Assembly (NCBI RefSeq): GCF_009834535.1
Contig: NC_045697.1
Span: forward strand, 119,104,001-119,168,000
Length of the DNA stretch: 64,000 nt
Reading direction: 5' to 3'
From: Camelus ferus
Taxonomy: Eukaryota
Shown here: piece after piece, positions 37,270 to 51,500 of the stretch
How positions within the stretch are numbered: the first letter of the stretch is position 1
Layout: every line of letters begins with the position of its first letter
Position numbers and translations under genes: made by a program
Notes under the pieces: generated by a model
What the model saw: the letters and a program-made list of their open reading frames with translations, nothing else
Told to the model about the DNA's origin: nothing
The model's database searches: none

Positions 37270-40200
37270 CCTATATATATGTATGGATTGGAGTTTGCAA
37301 CTGAAAATAAACTTTGTATTCCCAAAAAGTTATGTGAAGGACGGCTTTCAAAGACAATTATCTGTCAGAACTGAGCATGTGGAGAGACGTTCGTTCATCT
37401 AGCACAAAGGGAACGGGTTGCAGGAGAAACATTTACTGTATTTTCTCAGTCTGTTTCCTAGTTCCGGTATGAAATTCCTGCAGTTTTCACTGTAAAACCG
37501 AGTTGGAACTAGTACCTCCTCTTATATATGTATGGACTGGAGTTTGCAACTAAAAAGAAACTCTATATTCCCAACAAACTTGGTAAAGTACGGCTTTCAC
37601 ACACACGTATCTCTCAGAATTTAGCATGTGGTGAGACGTTCGTTCATCTAGCACAAAGGGAACGGGTTACAGGAGGAACTTTTACTCTGGATTCTCAGTG
37701 TGTTTCCTAGTGCCGGTTTGAAGTTCCTGCATTTATCACTGTAAAACCTTGTTGGAGCTAGTACCTACCCATATATAGGTATGGAGTGGTGTTTGCAACT
37801 GAAAAGAAGCTTTGTGTTCCAAACAAGTTAGGTGAGGGACGGCTTTTACACACACATATCTCTCAGAACTGAGCATGTGGAGAGTCGTTCGTTCATCTAG
37901 CAAAAATTGAACGGGAGCCAGGAGAAACTTTTACTCTGGTTTCTCAGTGTGTTTCCCATTGCCGGTTTGAAGTTCCTGCAGTTATCACTGTAATACCGAG
38001 TTGGAGCTAGTACCTCCCCATATATATGTATGGAGTGGAGTGTGCAACTGAAATGAAACTTTGTGTTCCCAACAAGCTAGGTGAAGAACGGCTTTAACAC
38101 ACAATTATCTCTCAGAACTGTGCATGTGAAGAGACGTTTGGTCATCTAGCACAAAGGGAACGATTTGCAGGAGAAAATTTTTATTCTGGTTTCAAAATTT
38201 GTTTCGTAGTGCCCCTTTGAAGTTCCTGCAGTTTTCACTATAAAACCGAGTTGGATCTAGTACCTCCCAGTATATATGTACGGAGTGGAATTTGAAACTG
38301 AAAGAAAGTTTGTGTTCCCAACAAGCTAGGTGAAGGAAGGCTTTCACACACACTTAGCTCTCAGAACTGAGCATGTGGAGAGAAGTTCGTTCATCAAGCA
38401 CAAATGGAACGGGTTTCAGGAGAAACTTTTACACTGGTTTCTCTGTATGTTTCCTAGTGCCGGGTTGAAGTTCCTGCAGTTTTCACTGTAAAACAGATTT
38501 GGAGCTAGTACATCCCCATATATATGTATGGAGTGGAGTTTGAACCTGAAAAGAATCTTTGTGTTCCCAACAAGCTAGGTGAAGTATGGCTTCCACAAAC
38601 ACTAATCTCTCAGAACTGAGCATGTGGAGAGACGTTCGTTCATCTAGCACAAAGGGAACGGGTTGCAGGAGAAACATTTACAGTATTTTTTCAGTCTGTT
38701 TCCTAGTTCCGGTATGAAATTCCTGCAGTTTTCAATGTAAAACCGAGTTGGAACTAGTAAATCCCCTTATATAAGTATGGACTGGAGTTTGCAACTTAAA
38801 AGAAACACTGTATCCCCAACAAACTTGGTAAAGTTTGGCATTCAATCACACGTATCTCTCAGAATTTAGCATGTGGAGAGACGTTCGTTCATCTAGCACA
38901 AATGGAACGCGTTACAGGAGGAACTTTTACTCTGGATTCTCAGTGAGTTTCCTAGTACCGGTTTGAAGTTCCTGCATTTATCACTGTAAAACCTAGTTGA
39001 AGCTAGTACCTACCCATATATATGTATGGAGTGGAGTTTGCAACTGAAAAGAAACTTTGTGTTCCAAACAAGCTAGGTGAGGGACGGCTTTCACACACAC
39101 ATATCTCTCAGAAATGAGCATGTGGAGAGTCGTTCGTTCATCTAGCAAAAATTGAACGGGAGCCAGGAGAAACTTTTACTCTGGTTTCTCAGTGTGTTTC
39201 CCAGTGTCGGTTTGAAGTTCCTGCAGTTATAACTGTAATACCGAGTTGGAGCTAGTACCTCCCCATATATATGTATGGAGTGGTGTGTGCAACTTAAACG
39301 AAACTTTGTGTTCCCAACAAGCTAGGTGAAGAACGGCTTTAACACACAATTATCTCTCAGAACTGAGCATGTGGAGAGACGTTCGGTCATCTAGCACAAA
39401 AGGAACGTTTTGCAGGAGAAAATTTTTACTCTGGTTTCAAAATTTGTTTCCGAGTGCCCCTTTGAAGTTCCTGCACTTTTCACTGTAAAACCGAGTTGGA
39501 TCTATAACCTCCCAGTATATATGTACGGAATGGAATTTGAAACTGAAAGAAAGTTTGTGTTCCCAACAAGCTAGGTGAAGGACGGCTTTCACACACACTT
39601 ATCTCTCAGAACTGAGCATGTGGAGAGACGTTCGTTCATCAAGCACAAATGGAACGGGTTGCAGGAGAATCTTTTACTCTGGTTTCTCAGTATGTTTCCT
39701 ATTGCCGGGTTGAAGTTCCTGCAGTTTTCACTGTAAAACAGATTTGGAGCTAGTACATCCCCTTATATATGTATGGAGTGGAGTTTGAACCTGAAAAGAA
39801 ACTTTGTGTTCCCAACAAACTAGGTGAATTATGGCTTCCACACACACTTGTCTCTCAGAACTGAGCATGTGGAGAGACGTTCGTTCATCTAGCACAAAGT
39901 GAACGGGTTACCGGAGAAACTTTTACTCTGGTTTCTCAGTGTGTTTCCCAGTGCCAGCTTGAAGTTCCTGCAGTTTTCACTGTAAAACTTATTTGGAGCT
40001 ACTACCTACCCACATATATGTATGGATTGGTGTTTTCAACTGAAAACAATCTTTGGATTCCCAACAAGCTAAGTGAGGGACGGCTTTCACACACACTTAT
40101 CTCTCAGATCTGAGCATGTGGAGAGACATTCGTTCATATAGCACAAATGGAGTGGTTTGCAGGAGAAACTTTTTCTCTAGTTTTCAGTCTTTTCCTTTTG

Positions 40201-42550
40201 CCGGTTTGCAGTTCCTGCTGATTAACTGTAAAATCGTGTTGGAGGTAGTACCCCCTATATATATGTATGGATTGGAGTTTGCAACTGAAAAGAAACTTTG
40301 TGTTCCCAACAAGTTATGTGAAGGACGGCTTTCACAGACAATTATCTCTCAGAACTGAGCATGTGGAGAGACGTTCGTTCATCTAGCACAAAGGGAACGG
40401 GTTGCAGGAGAAACATTTACAGTATTTTTTCAGTCTGTTTCCTAGTTCCGGTATGAAATTCCTGCATTTTTCAATGTAAAACCGAGTTGGAACTAGTAAA
40501 TCCCCTTATATAAGTATGGACTGGAGTTTGCAACTAAAAAGAAACTCTGTATCCCCAACAAACTTGGTAAAGTTCGGCATTCAATCACACGTATCTCTCA
40601 GAATTTAGCATGTGGAGAGACGTTCGTTCATCTAGCACAAAGGGAACGCGTTACAGGAGGAACTTTTATTCTGGATTCTCAGTGAGTTTCCTAGTACCGG
40701 TTTGAAGTTCCTGCATTTATCACTGTAAAACCTAGTTGAAGCTAGTACCTACCCATATATATGTATGGAGTGGAGTTTGCAACTGAAAAGAAACTTTGTG
40801 TTCCAAACAAGCTAGGTGAGGGACGGCTTTCACACACACATATCTCTCAGAACTGAGCATGTGGAGAGTCGTTCGTTCATCTAGCAAAAATTGAACGGGA
40901 GCCAGGAGAAACTTTTACTCTGGTTTCTCAGTGTGTTTCCCAGTGCCGGTTTGAAGTTCCTGCAGTTATAACTGTAATACCGAGTTGGAGCTAGTACCTC
41001 CCCATATATATTTATGGAGTGGTGTGTGAAACTTAAACGAAACTTTGTGTTCCCAACAAGCTAGGTGAAGAACGGCTTTAACACACAATTATCTCTCAGA
41101 ACTGAGCATGTTGAGAGACGTTCGTTCATCTAGCACAAAGGAAACTTTTTGCAGGAGAAAATTTTTACTCTGGTTTCAAAATTTGTTTCCTAGTGCCCCT
41201 TTGAAGTTCCTGCACTTTTCACTGTAAAACCGAGTTGGATCTATTACCTCCCAGTATATATGTACGGAATGGAATTTGAAACTGAAAGAAAGTTTGTGTT
41301 CCCAACAAGCTAGGTGAAGGACGGCTTTCACACACACTTATCTCTCAGAACTGAGCATATGGAGAGACGTTCGTTAATCAAGCACAAATGGAACGGGTTG
41401 CAGGGGAATCTTTTACTCTGGTTTCTCAGTATGTTTCCTATTGCCGGGTTGAAGTTCCTGCAGTTTTCACTGTAAAACAGATTTGGAGCTAGTACATCCC
41501 CATATATATGTATGGAGTGGAGTTTGAACCTGAAAAGAAACTTTGTGTTCCCAACAAGCTAGGTGAAGTATGGCTTCCACAGACACTTGTCTCTCAGAAC
41601 TGAGCATATGGAGAGACGTTCGTTCATCTAGCACAAAGTGAACGGGTTACCGGAGAAACTTTTACTCTGGTTTCTCAGTGTGTTTCCCAGTGCCGTTTTG
41701 AAGTTCCTGCAGTTTTCACTGTAAAACCTATTTGGAGCTACTACCTACCCACATATATGTATGGAGTGGTGTTTGCAACTGAAAACAATCTTTGTGTTCC
41801 CAACAAGCTAAGTGAGGGACGGCTTTCACACACAATTATCTCTCAGATCTCAGCATGTGGAGAGACGTTCGTTCATATAGCACAAATGGAGTGGTTTGCA
41901 GGAGAAACTTTTTCTCTAGTTTTCAGTCTTTTCCTTTTGCCGGTTTGCAGTTCCTGCTGATTAACTGTAAAATCGTGTTGGAGCTAGTACCCCCTATATA
42001 TATGTATGGATTGGAGTTTGCAACTGAAAAGAAACTTTGTGTTCCCAACAAGTTATGTGAAGGACGGCTTTCAAAGACAATTATCTCTCAGAACTGAGCA
42101 TGTGGAGAGACGTTCGTTCATCTAGCACAAAGGGAACGGAATGCAGGAGAAACATTTACTGTATTTTCTCAGTCTGTTTCCTAGTTCCGGTATGAAATTC
42201 CTGCAGTTTTCACTGTAAAACCGAGTTGGAACTAGTACCTCCCCTTATATATGTATGGACTGGAGTTTGCAACTAAAAAGAAACTGTGTATTCCCAACAA
42301 ACTTGGTAAAGTACGGCTTTCACCCACACATATCCCTCAGAACTGAGCATGTGGAGAGTCGTTCGTTCATCTAGCAAAAATTGAACGGGAGCCAGGAGAA
42401 ACTTTTACTCTGGTTTCTCAGTGTGTTTCCCATTGCCGGTTTGAAGTTCCTGCAGTTATCACTGTAATACCGATTTGGAGCTAGTACCTACCCATATATA
42501 TGTATGGAGTGGAGTGTGCAACTGAAAAGAAACTTTGTGTTCCCAACATG
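37270..42550 (+). repeat. Higher-order repeat domain 2 (7-mer HOR, about 3 units including one 5-mer variant)
   Basis: The A-G cycle resumes, with E-type starts at 40116/41855 (1739 apart). It ends at the same F-to-A chimeric exit seen at ~19250. Confidence 0.92.
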
Positions 42551-45500
42551 CTAGTTGAAGGACGGCTTTCACACACACTTATCTCTCAGAACTGAGTATG
42601 TGGAGAGACGTTCGTTCATCTAGCACAAAGGGAATGGTTTGCAGGTGTTTCTTTTTCTCTGGTTTTCAGACTGTTTCATAGTGCCGGTTTAAGTTCCTGC
42701 AGATTCACTGTAAAACCGAGTTGGATCTAGTACCTCCCTTATATATGTATGGAGTGGATTTTGCAACTGAAAAAAAACTGTGTGTTCCCAACAAGCTAGG
42801 TGAAGGATGGCTTTCACACACACTTATCTCTCAGATCTGAGCGTGTGGAGATATTATCGTTCATCTAGCACAAATGGAACGGGTTGAAGGAGAAACTTTT
42901 ACTGTGGTTTCTCAGTCTGTTTCCTAGTGCCCGTTTGAAGATCCTGTAGTTTTCACTGTATAACTCAGTTGGAGCTAGTACCTACACATATATATATATG
43001 GAGTGGTTTTTGCATCTTTAAAGAAACATTGTGGTCCCAACAAGATAGGTGAAGGACGGCTTCACACACACGTATGTCTCAGAAATGAGCATGTGGAGAG
43101 ACGTTCATTCATTTAGCATAAAGGAAACGGGTTCCATGAGAAATTTTACTCTGGTTCCTCATTCTGTTTCCTAGTGCCGGTTTGATTTTCCTGCAGAATT
43201 CACTGTAAAACAGATTTTGAGCTGGTCCCTCCCCATATATATGTATGGATTGGAGTTTGTAACTGAAAAGAATCTTTGTGATCCCAGAAATCTAGGGGAA
43301 GTACGGCTTTCACATACACTTATCTCTCAGATCTGAGCATGTGGAGAGACGTTCGTTCATCTAGCACAAATGGATTGGTTTGCAGTATAAACTTTTACTC
43401 TAATTTTCAGTCTGTTTCCTTGTGCCAGTTTGAAGTTCCTGCAGATTAACTGTAAAATCGAGTTGGAGCTATTACCCCCTATATATATATATGGATTGGA
43501 GTTTGCAAATGAAAAGAATCTCTGTGTTCCCAACAAGTTATGTGAATGACGGCTATCACAGACAAATATCTCTCAGAACTTAGCATGTGGAGTGACATTC
43601 GTTCATCTAGCACAAAGGGAACGGGTTGCAGGAGAAACTTTTTCTCTGGTTTCTCATTCTGTTTCCTAGTTCCGGTATGAAATTCCTGCAGTTTTCACTG
43701 TAAAACCGATTTGGAGCTTGTACATCCTCTTATACACGTATGGATTGGAGTTTGCAGCTAAAAAGAAACTTTTTGTTCCCAACAAGCTTGTTTAAGTACG
43801 GCTTTCACACACGCTTATCTCTCAGAACTGAGCATGTGGACAGACGTTCGTTCATCTAGCACAAAGGAAATGGTTTGCCGGAGAAACTTTTTCTCTGGTT
43901 TCTCAGTATGTTTCCTAGTGCCAGTTTGAAGTTCCTGCAGTTTTCACTGTCAAACTGATTTGGAGCTAATAACTACCCATATATATGTATGGATTGGCGT
44001 TTGCACCTGAAAATGAACTTTGTGTTCCAAACAAGCTAGGTGAAGGACGGCTTTCACACACAATTATCTTTCAGTACTCAGCATGTGGAGAGTCGTTGGT
44101 TCATGTAGCACAAATTGAACCGGTTGCAGGAGAAATTTTTACTCTGGTTTTCAGTCTGTTTCCTATTGCCGGTTTGAAGTTCCAGCAGATTCAATGTAAA
44201 ATCTATTTGGAGCTAGTACCTCCCTCTATAAATGTATGGATTGGAGATTGCAACTTAAAAAAATCTTTGTGTTCCCAAAAAAATAGGTGAAGGACGGCTT
44301 TCACACACACAAATCTCTCAGAACTGAGCATGTGGAGAGACTATATTTCATCTAGCACAAAGGTAACGGGTTGCAGGAGAAACTTTTACTGTGGTTTCTC
44401 AGTCTGTTTCCTAGTGCCCGTTTGAACTTCCTGCAGTTATCACTGTAAAACTCAGTTGGAGCTAGTACCTACACATATATATGTATGGAGTGGTGTTTGC
44501 ATCTTAAAAGAAACATTTTGGTCCCAACAAGATATTTGAAGTACGGATTCACACACACGTATCTATCAGAAATTAGCATGTGGAGAGACGTTCGTTCATT
44601 TAGCAAAAAGGGAATGTGTTGCAGGATAGACTTTTACTCTGCTTTCTCAGTATGTTTCCTGGTGCCGATTTTGTAGTTCCTGAAGTTTTCACTGTAAAAC
44701 CGAGTTGGAGCTAGTCTCTCCCCATATATATGTATGGAGTGGATTTTGCATCTGAAAAGAAACTTTGTATTCCGAACAAGCTAGGTGAAGGAAGGCTTTC
44801 ACACACACATATCTCTCAGAATTTAGCATGTGGAGAGACTTTCGTTCATCTAGCACAAAGGAAACGGGTTACAGGAGGAACTTTTACTCTGGATTCTCAG
44901 TGCGTTTCGTAGTGCCGGTTTGAATTTCCTGCATTTATCACTGTAAAACCTAGTTGGAGCTATTACCTACCCATATATATGTATGGAGTGGAGTTTGCAA
45001 CTGAAAAGAAACTTTGTGTTCCAAACAACCTAGGTGAGGGACGGCTTTCACACAAACTGATCTCTCAGAACTGAGCATGTGGAGAGACATTCGTTCATCT
45101 AGCAGAAAAAGAACGGTTTTCAGGAGAAACTTTTACTCTGGTTTCTCACTCAATTTCCTAGTTCCGGTATGAAATTCCTGCAGTTTTCACTGTAAAAAAG
45201 AGTTGGAGCTAGTACCTCCCCTTATATACGTATGGATTGGAGTTTGCAACTAAAAAGAAACTTTGTGTTCACAACATGCTTGTTGAAGTACGGCTTTCAC
45301 ACACACTTATCTCTCAGAACTGAGCATGTGGACAGACGTTCGTTCATCTAGCACAAAGGATATTGTTTGCCGGAGAAACTTTTTCTCTGGTTTCTCAGTA
45401 TGTTTCCTAGTGCCGGTTTTAAGTTCCTGCAGTTTTCAATGTCAAACTGAGTTGGAGCTAATACCTCCCCATATATATATATGGATTGGATATTGCACCT

Positions 45501-48500
45501 GAAAAGAAACTTTGTTTTCCCAACAAGCTAGGTGAAGGATGGCTTTCACACACACTTTTCTCTCAGAAATGAGCATGTGGAAAGTCGTTCGTTCATCTAG
45601 CAAAAATTGAGCAGGAGCCAGGAGAATCTTTTACTCTGGTTTCTCAGTGTGTTTCCCAGTGCCGGTTTGAAGTTCCTGCAGTTATCACTGTAATACAGAT
45701 TTGGAGCTAGTACCTACCCAAATATATGTATGGAGTGAAGTGTGCAACTGAAAAGAAACTTTGTGTTCCCAACATGCTAGTTGAAGGATGGCTTTCACAC
45801 ACAATTTTCTCTCAGATCTTAGCATGTGGAGAGACATTCGTTCATCTAGCAGAAAAAGAACTGTATTCAGGAGAAACTATTACTCTCATTTCTCAGTCTG
45901 TTTCCTAGTGCGGGATGGAAGTTCCTTCAGTTTTCACGGTAAAATCGATTGGGATCTAGTACCTCCCCATATTTATGTATGGAGTGGATTTTAGCAACTG
46001 AAAAGAAACTTTGGGTTCCCAACAAGCTAGGTGAAGGACGGCTTTCACACACAATTTTCTCTCAGATCTTAGCATGTGGAGAGACGTTCGTTCATCTAGC
46101 ACAAATGGAGTGGTTTGCAGGGGAAACTTTTATTCTGGTTTTCAGTCTGTTTCCAAGTGCCGGTTTGAAATTCCTGCAGTTTTCACTTTAAACCGAGTTG
46201 GAGCTAATACCTCCACGTATGTATTTATGGAGTGGGGTTTGCAACTGAAAAGAAACTTTGTGTTCCCATCAAACTAGGTGATGGGCAGCTTTCGCACACA
46301 CTTATCTCTCTGAAATGAGCATGTGCAGAGACGTTCGTTCATCTAGCAAAAATGGAACGGGTTGCAGGAGAATCTTTTACTGTGGTTTCCCAGTCTGTTT
46401 CCTAGTGTCGGTTGGACGTTCCTGCAGTTTTCACTGTAAAATAGATTTGGAGCTAGTACCTCCATATATATATGTATGGAGTGGATTTAACAACTGAAAA
46501 GAAACTTTGTGTTCCCAACAAGCTAGGTGAAAGACGTCTTTCACACACACGTATCTCTCAGATCTGAACATGTGGAGAGACGTTGGTTCATTTAGCACAA
46601 ATGGAGTGGTTTGCAGGAGAAACTTTTTCTCTAGTTTTCAGTCTGTTTCCTCGTGCAGTTTTAAAGTTCCTGCAGATTCACTGTAAAATATTTTAGGAGC
46701 TAGTACCACCCTATATATATGTATGGATTGGAGTTTGCAACTGTAAAGAAACTTTGTGTTCCCAAAAAGTTATGTGAAGGACGGCTTTCACAGTCAATTA
46801 TCTCTCAGAACTGAGCATGTGGAGAGACGTTCGTTCATCTAGCACAAAGGGAACGGGTTGCAGGAGAAACTTTTACTCTGTTTTCTCCGTCTGTTTCCTA
46901 GTTCCGGTGTGTAATTCATGCAGTTTTCACTGTAAAACCGAATTGGAGCTAGTACCTCCCCTTATATAGTTATGGATTTGAGTTTGCAACTAAATAGAAA
47001 ATTTGTGTTCCCAACAAGCTAGGTGAAGAACGGCTTTCACACACACATATCTCTCAGAACTGAGCATGTTAACAGACTTTCGTTCATCAAGCACAAAGGA
47101 AACGGGTTACCGGAGGAACATTTTCTCTTGTTTCTCAGTAAGTTTCCTAGTGCCGGTTTGAAGTTCCTGCAGTTTTTACTGTCAATCTGAGTTTTAGCTA
47201 ATACATCCCCATATAAATGTATGGAGTGGTGTTTGCACCTGAAAAGAAACTTTGTGTTCCCAACATGCTAGGTGAAGGATGGCTTTCACACACAATTTTC
47301 TCTCAGATCTTAGCATGTGGAGAGACATTCGTTCATCTAGCAGAAAAAGAACTGTATTCAGGAGAAACTATTACTCTCATTTCTCAGTCTGTTTCCTAGT
47401 GCGGGATGGAAGTTCCTTCAGTTTTCACGGTAAAATCGATTGGGATCTAGTACCTCCCCATATTTATGTATGGAGTGGATTTAGCAACTGAAAAGAAACT
47501 TTGGGTTCCCAACAAGCTAGGTGAAGGACGGCTTTCACACACAATTTTCTCTCAGATCTTAGCATGTGGAGAGACGTTCGTTCATCTAGCACAAATGGAG
47601 TGGTTTGCAGGGGAAACTTTTATTCTGGTTTTCAGTCTGTTTCCAAGTGCCGGTTTGAAATTCCTGCAGTTTTCACTTTAAACCGAGTTGGAGCTAATAC
47701 CTCCACGTATGTATGTATGGAGTGGGGTTTGCAACTGAAAAGAAACTTTGTGTTCCCATCAAACTAGGTGATGGGCAGCTTTCGCACACACTTATCTCTC
47801 GGAAATGAGCATGTGCAGAGACGTTCGTTCATCTAGCAAAAATGGAACGGGTTGCAGGAGAATCTTTTACTGTGGTTTCCCAGTCTGTTTCCTAGTGTCG
47901 GTTGGACGTTCCTGCAGTTTTCACTGTAAAATAGATTTGGAGCTAGTACCTCCATATATATATGTATGGAGTGGATTTAACAACTGAAAAGAAACTTTGT
48001 GTTCCCAACAAGCTAGGTGAAAGACGTCTTTCACACACACGTATCTCTCAGATCTGAACATGTGGAGAGACGTTGGTTCATTTAGCACAAATGGAGTGGT
48101 TTGCAGGAGAAACTTTTTCTCTAGTTTTCAGTCTGTTTCCTCGTGCAGTTTTGAAGTTCCTGCAGATTCACTGTAAAATATTTTTGGAGCTAGTACCACC
48201 CTATATATATGTATGGATTGGAGTTTGCAACTGTAAAGAAACTTTGTGTTCCCAAAAAGTTATGTGAAGGACGGCTTTCACAGTCAATTATCTCTCAGAA
48301 CTGAGCATGTGGAGAGACGTTCGTTCATCTAGCACAAAGGAAACGGGTTACCGGAGGAACATTTTCTCTTGTTTCTCAGTAAGTTTCCTAGTGCCGGTTT
48401 GAAGTTCCTGCAGTTTTTACTTTCAATCTGAGTTTTAGCTAATACATCCCCATATAAATGTATGGAGTGGTGTTTGCACCTGAAAAGAAACTTTGTGTTC

Positions 48501-51500
48501 CCAACAAGCTAGGTGAAAGAAGGCTTTCACACACACTTATCTCTCAGAATTTAGCATGTGGAGAGACGTTCTTTCATCTAGCAGAAAGGGAACGGATTGC
48601 AGGAGAAACTTTTACTCTGGTTCCTCAGTCTGTTTCCTAGTGCCGGTTTGAAGTTCCTGCAGATTTCACTGTAAAATAGATTTTGAGCTGGTACCTCCCC
48701 ATATAAATGTATGGATTGGAGTTTACAACTGAAAAGAAACTTTGTGTTCCCAACAATCTAGGTGAAGAACGGCTTTCACACACACTTATCTTTCCGAACT
48801 GATCATGTGGAGAGAAGTTGGTTCATGTACCACAAAGTGAACAGGTTGCAGGAGAAACTTTTACTCTGGTTTTCAGTCAGTTTCCTAATGCCTGGTTGAA
48901 GTTCCTGCAGATTCACTGTAAAATCGATTTGGAGCTAGAACCTCCCTATATATATGTATGGATTGGAGTTTGCAACTGAAAAGAAACTTTATGTTCCCAA
49001 AAAGATAGGTGAAGGACGGCTTTCACACACACTTACCTCTCAGAACTGAGCATGTGGAGAAACGTTCGTTCATCTAGCACAAAGGGAACGGGTTTCAGGA
49101 AAAATTTTTACTCTGGTTTCTCAGTCTGTTTCCTGGTTCCGGTATAAAATTCCTGCATTTTTCACTGTAAAACCGAGTTGGAGCTAGTACCTCCCTTATA
49201 TATGTATGGAGTGGAGTTTGCAAGTGAAAAGAAACTATGGGTTCCCAGCAAGCTAAGTGAAGGACGGCATTCACACCCACTTATGTCTCAGAACTGAGCA
49301 TGTGGAGAAACTATCGTTCATCTAGCACAAAGGGAACGGGTTGCAGGAGAAACGTTTACAGTGGTTTCTTAGTCGGTTTCCCAGTGCCCGTTTGAAGTTC
49401 CTGCAGTAATCACTGTAAAACTCAGTTCGAGCTAGTACCTACATATATATATATGGATGGATTGGTGTTTGCATCTTAAAAGAAACTTTATGTTCCCAAC
49501 AATATAGGTGAATTTCGGCTACACACACACGTATCTCTCAGAAATGAGCATGTGGAGAAATGTTCGTTCATCTAGCAAAAAGGGAACTGGTTGCAGGTGA
49601 AACTTTTACTCTGCTTTCTAAGTCTGTTTCCTAGTGCCGGTTTGATGTTCCTGCAGTTTTCACTGTAAAACCGAGTTGGAGCTAGTCTCTCGCCATATAT
49701 ATGTATGGAGTGGAATTTGCAACTGAAAAGAAACTTTGTGTTCCCAACAAGCTAGGTGAAGGAAGGCTTTCACACACACTTATCTCTCAGAATTTGGCAT
49801 GTGGAGAGACGTTCTTTCATCTAGCAAAAAGGAACGGATTGCAGGAGAATCTTTTACTCTGGTTCCTCAGTCTGTTTCCTAGTGCCGGTTTGTAGTTCCT
49901 GCAGATTTCACTGTAAAACCGATTTTGAGCTGGTACCTCCCCATAAATTTCTAAGGAGTGGACTGTGCAACTGAAAAGAAACTTTGTGTTCCCAACATGC
50001 TAGGTGAAGTACGGCTTTCACACAAACTTATCTCTCAGATCTGAGCATGTGGAGACACTTTCGTTCATCTAGCACAAAGGGAATGGTTTGCAGGTAACTT
50101 TTACTCTGGTTTTCAGACTGTTTCCTAGTGCCGGTTTGAAATTCCTGCAGATTCACTCTAGAAACTTGTTGGAGCTAATATCTCCCTATATATATGTATG
50201 GATTGGAATTTGCAACTGAAAAGAAACTTTGTATTCCCAACAAGATATATGAAGGATGGCATTCACACACACTTATCTCTCAGAACTTACCATGTGGAGA
50301 GAAGTTCGTTGATTTATCACAAAGGGAATGGTTTGCAGGAAAAAATTTTACTCTGGTTTCTCAGTATTTTTCCTAGTTCCGGTATGAAATTCCTGCAGTT
50401 TTCACTGTAAAACAGAGTTGGAGCTAGTACCTTCCCTTATATATGTATGGATTGGAGTTTGCAAATAAAAAGATACTTTGTGTTCCCAACAAGCTAGGTG
50501 AAGTACGGCTTTCACACACACTTATCTCTCAGAACTTATTATGTGGAGAGAAGTTGGTTCATGTAGCACAAAGTGAACCGGTTGCAATAAACAACTTTTA
50601 CTCTGGTTTTCAGTCTGTTTCCTAGTACCGGTTTGAAGTTCCTGCGTATTAACTGTAAAATCGATTTGGGGATAGTACCTCCCTATATATATGTATGGAT
50701 TGGAGTTTGCAACTGAAAAGAAACTTTGTGTTCCCAACAAGCTAGGTGAAGGACGGCTTTCAAACACAATTATCTCTCAGAACTGAGCATCTGGAAAGAC
50801 TTTCGTTCATCTAGCACAAATGGAACGGTTTTCAGGAGAAACTATTACTCTTGTTTCTCAGTGTGTTTCCCAGTGCCTGTTTGATGTTCCTGCAGTTTTC
50901 ACTGTAAAACACTGTTGGAGCTCGTACCTCCCCATATATATGTATGGAGTGGAGTTTTCAACTGAAAAGAAACTTGTGTTCCCAACAATCTAAGTGAGGG
51001 TAGGCTTTCACACACACTTATCACTAAGAACTGAGATTGTGGACAGATATTCGTTCATCTAGCAAGAAAGGAACGGTTTTCAGGAGAAACATTTACTCTG
51101 GTCTCTCAGTCTGTTTCCTAGTGCCGGTTTGAAGTTCCTGCAGTTTCACTGTATAATCGATTTGGAGCTAGTACCTCCCTATATATATGTATGGATTGGG
51201 GTTTGCAACTGAAAAGAATCTTTGTGTTCCCAACAAGCTTGGTGAATACGTCTTACACACACACTTATCTCTCAGAACTGAGCATGTTGGGTGACGTTCG
51301 TTCATTTAGCACAAAGGGATTGGGTTGCACGATAAACTTTTACTCTGGTTTCTCAGTCTGTTTCATAGGGCCGGTTTGAAGTTCCTGCAGTTTTCACTGT
51401 TAAAACGATTTTGAGCTAGTTCCTCCCCTATATATGTATGGAGTGGAGTTGGCAACTGGACAGAAAGTTTGTGTTCCCAACAAGCTAGGTGAAGGACGGC

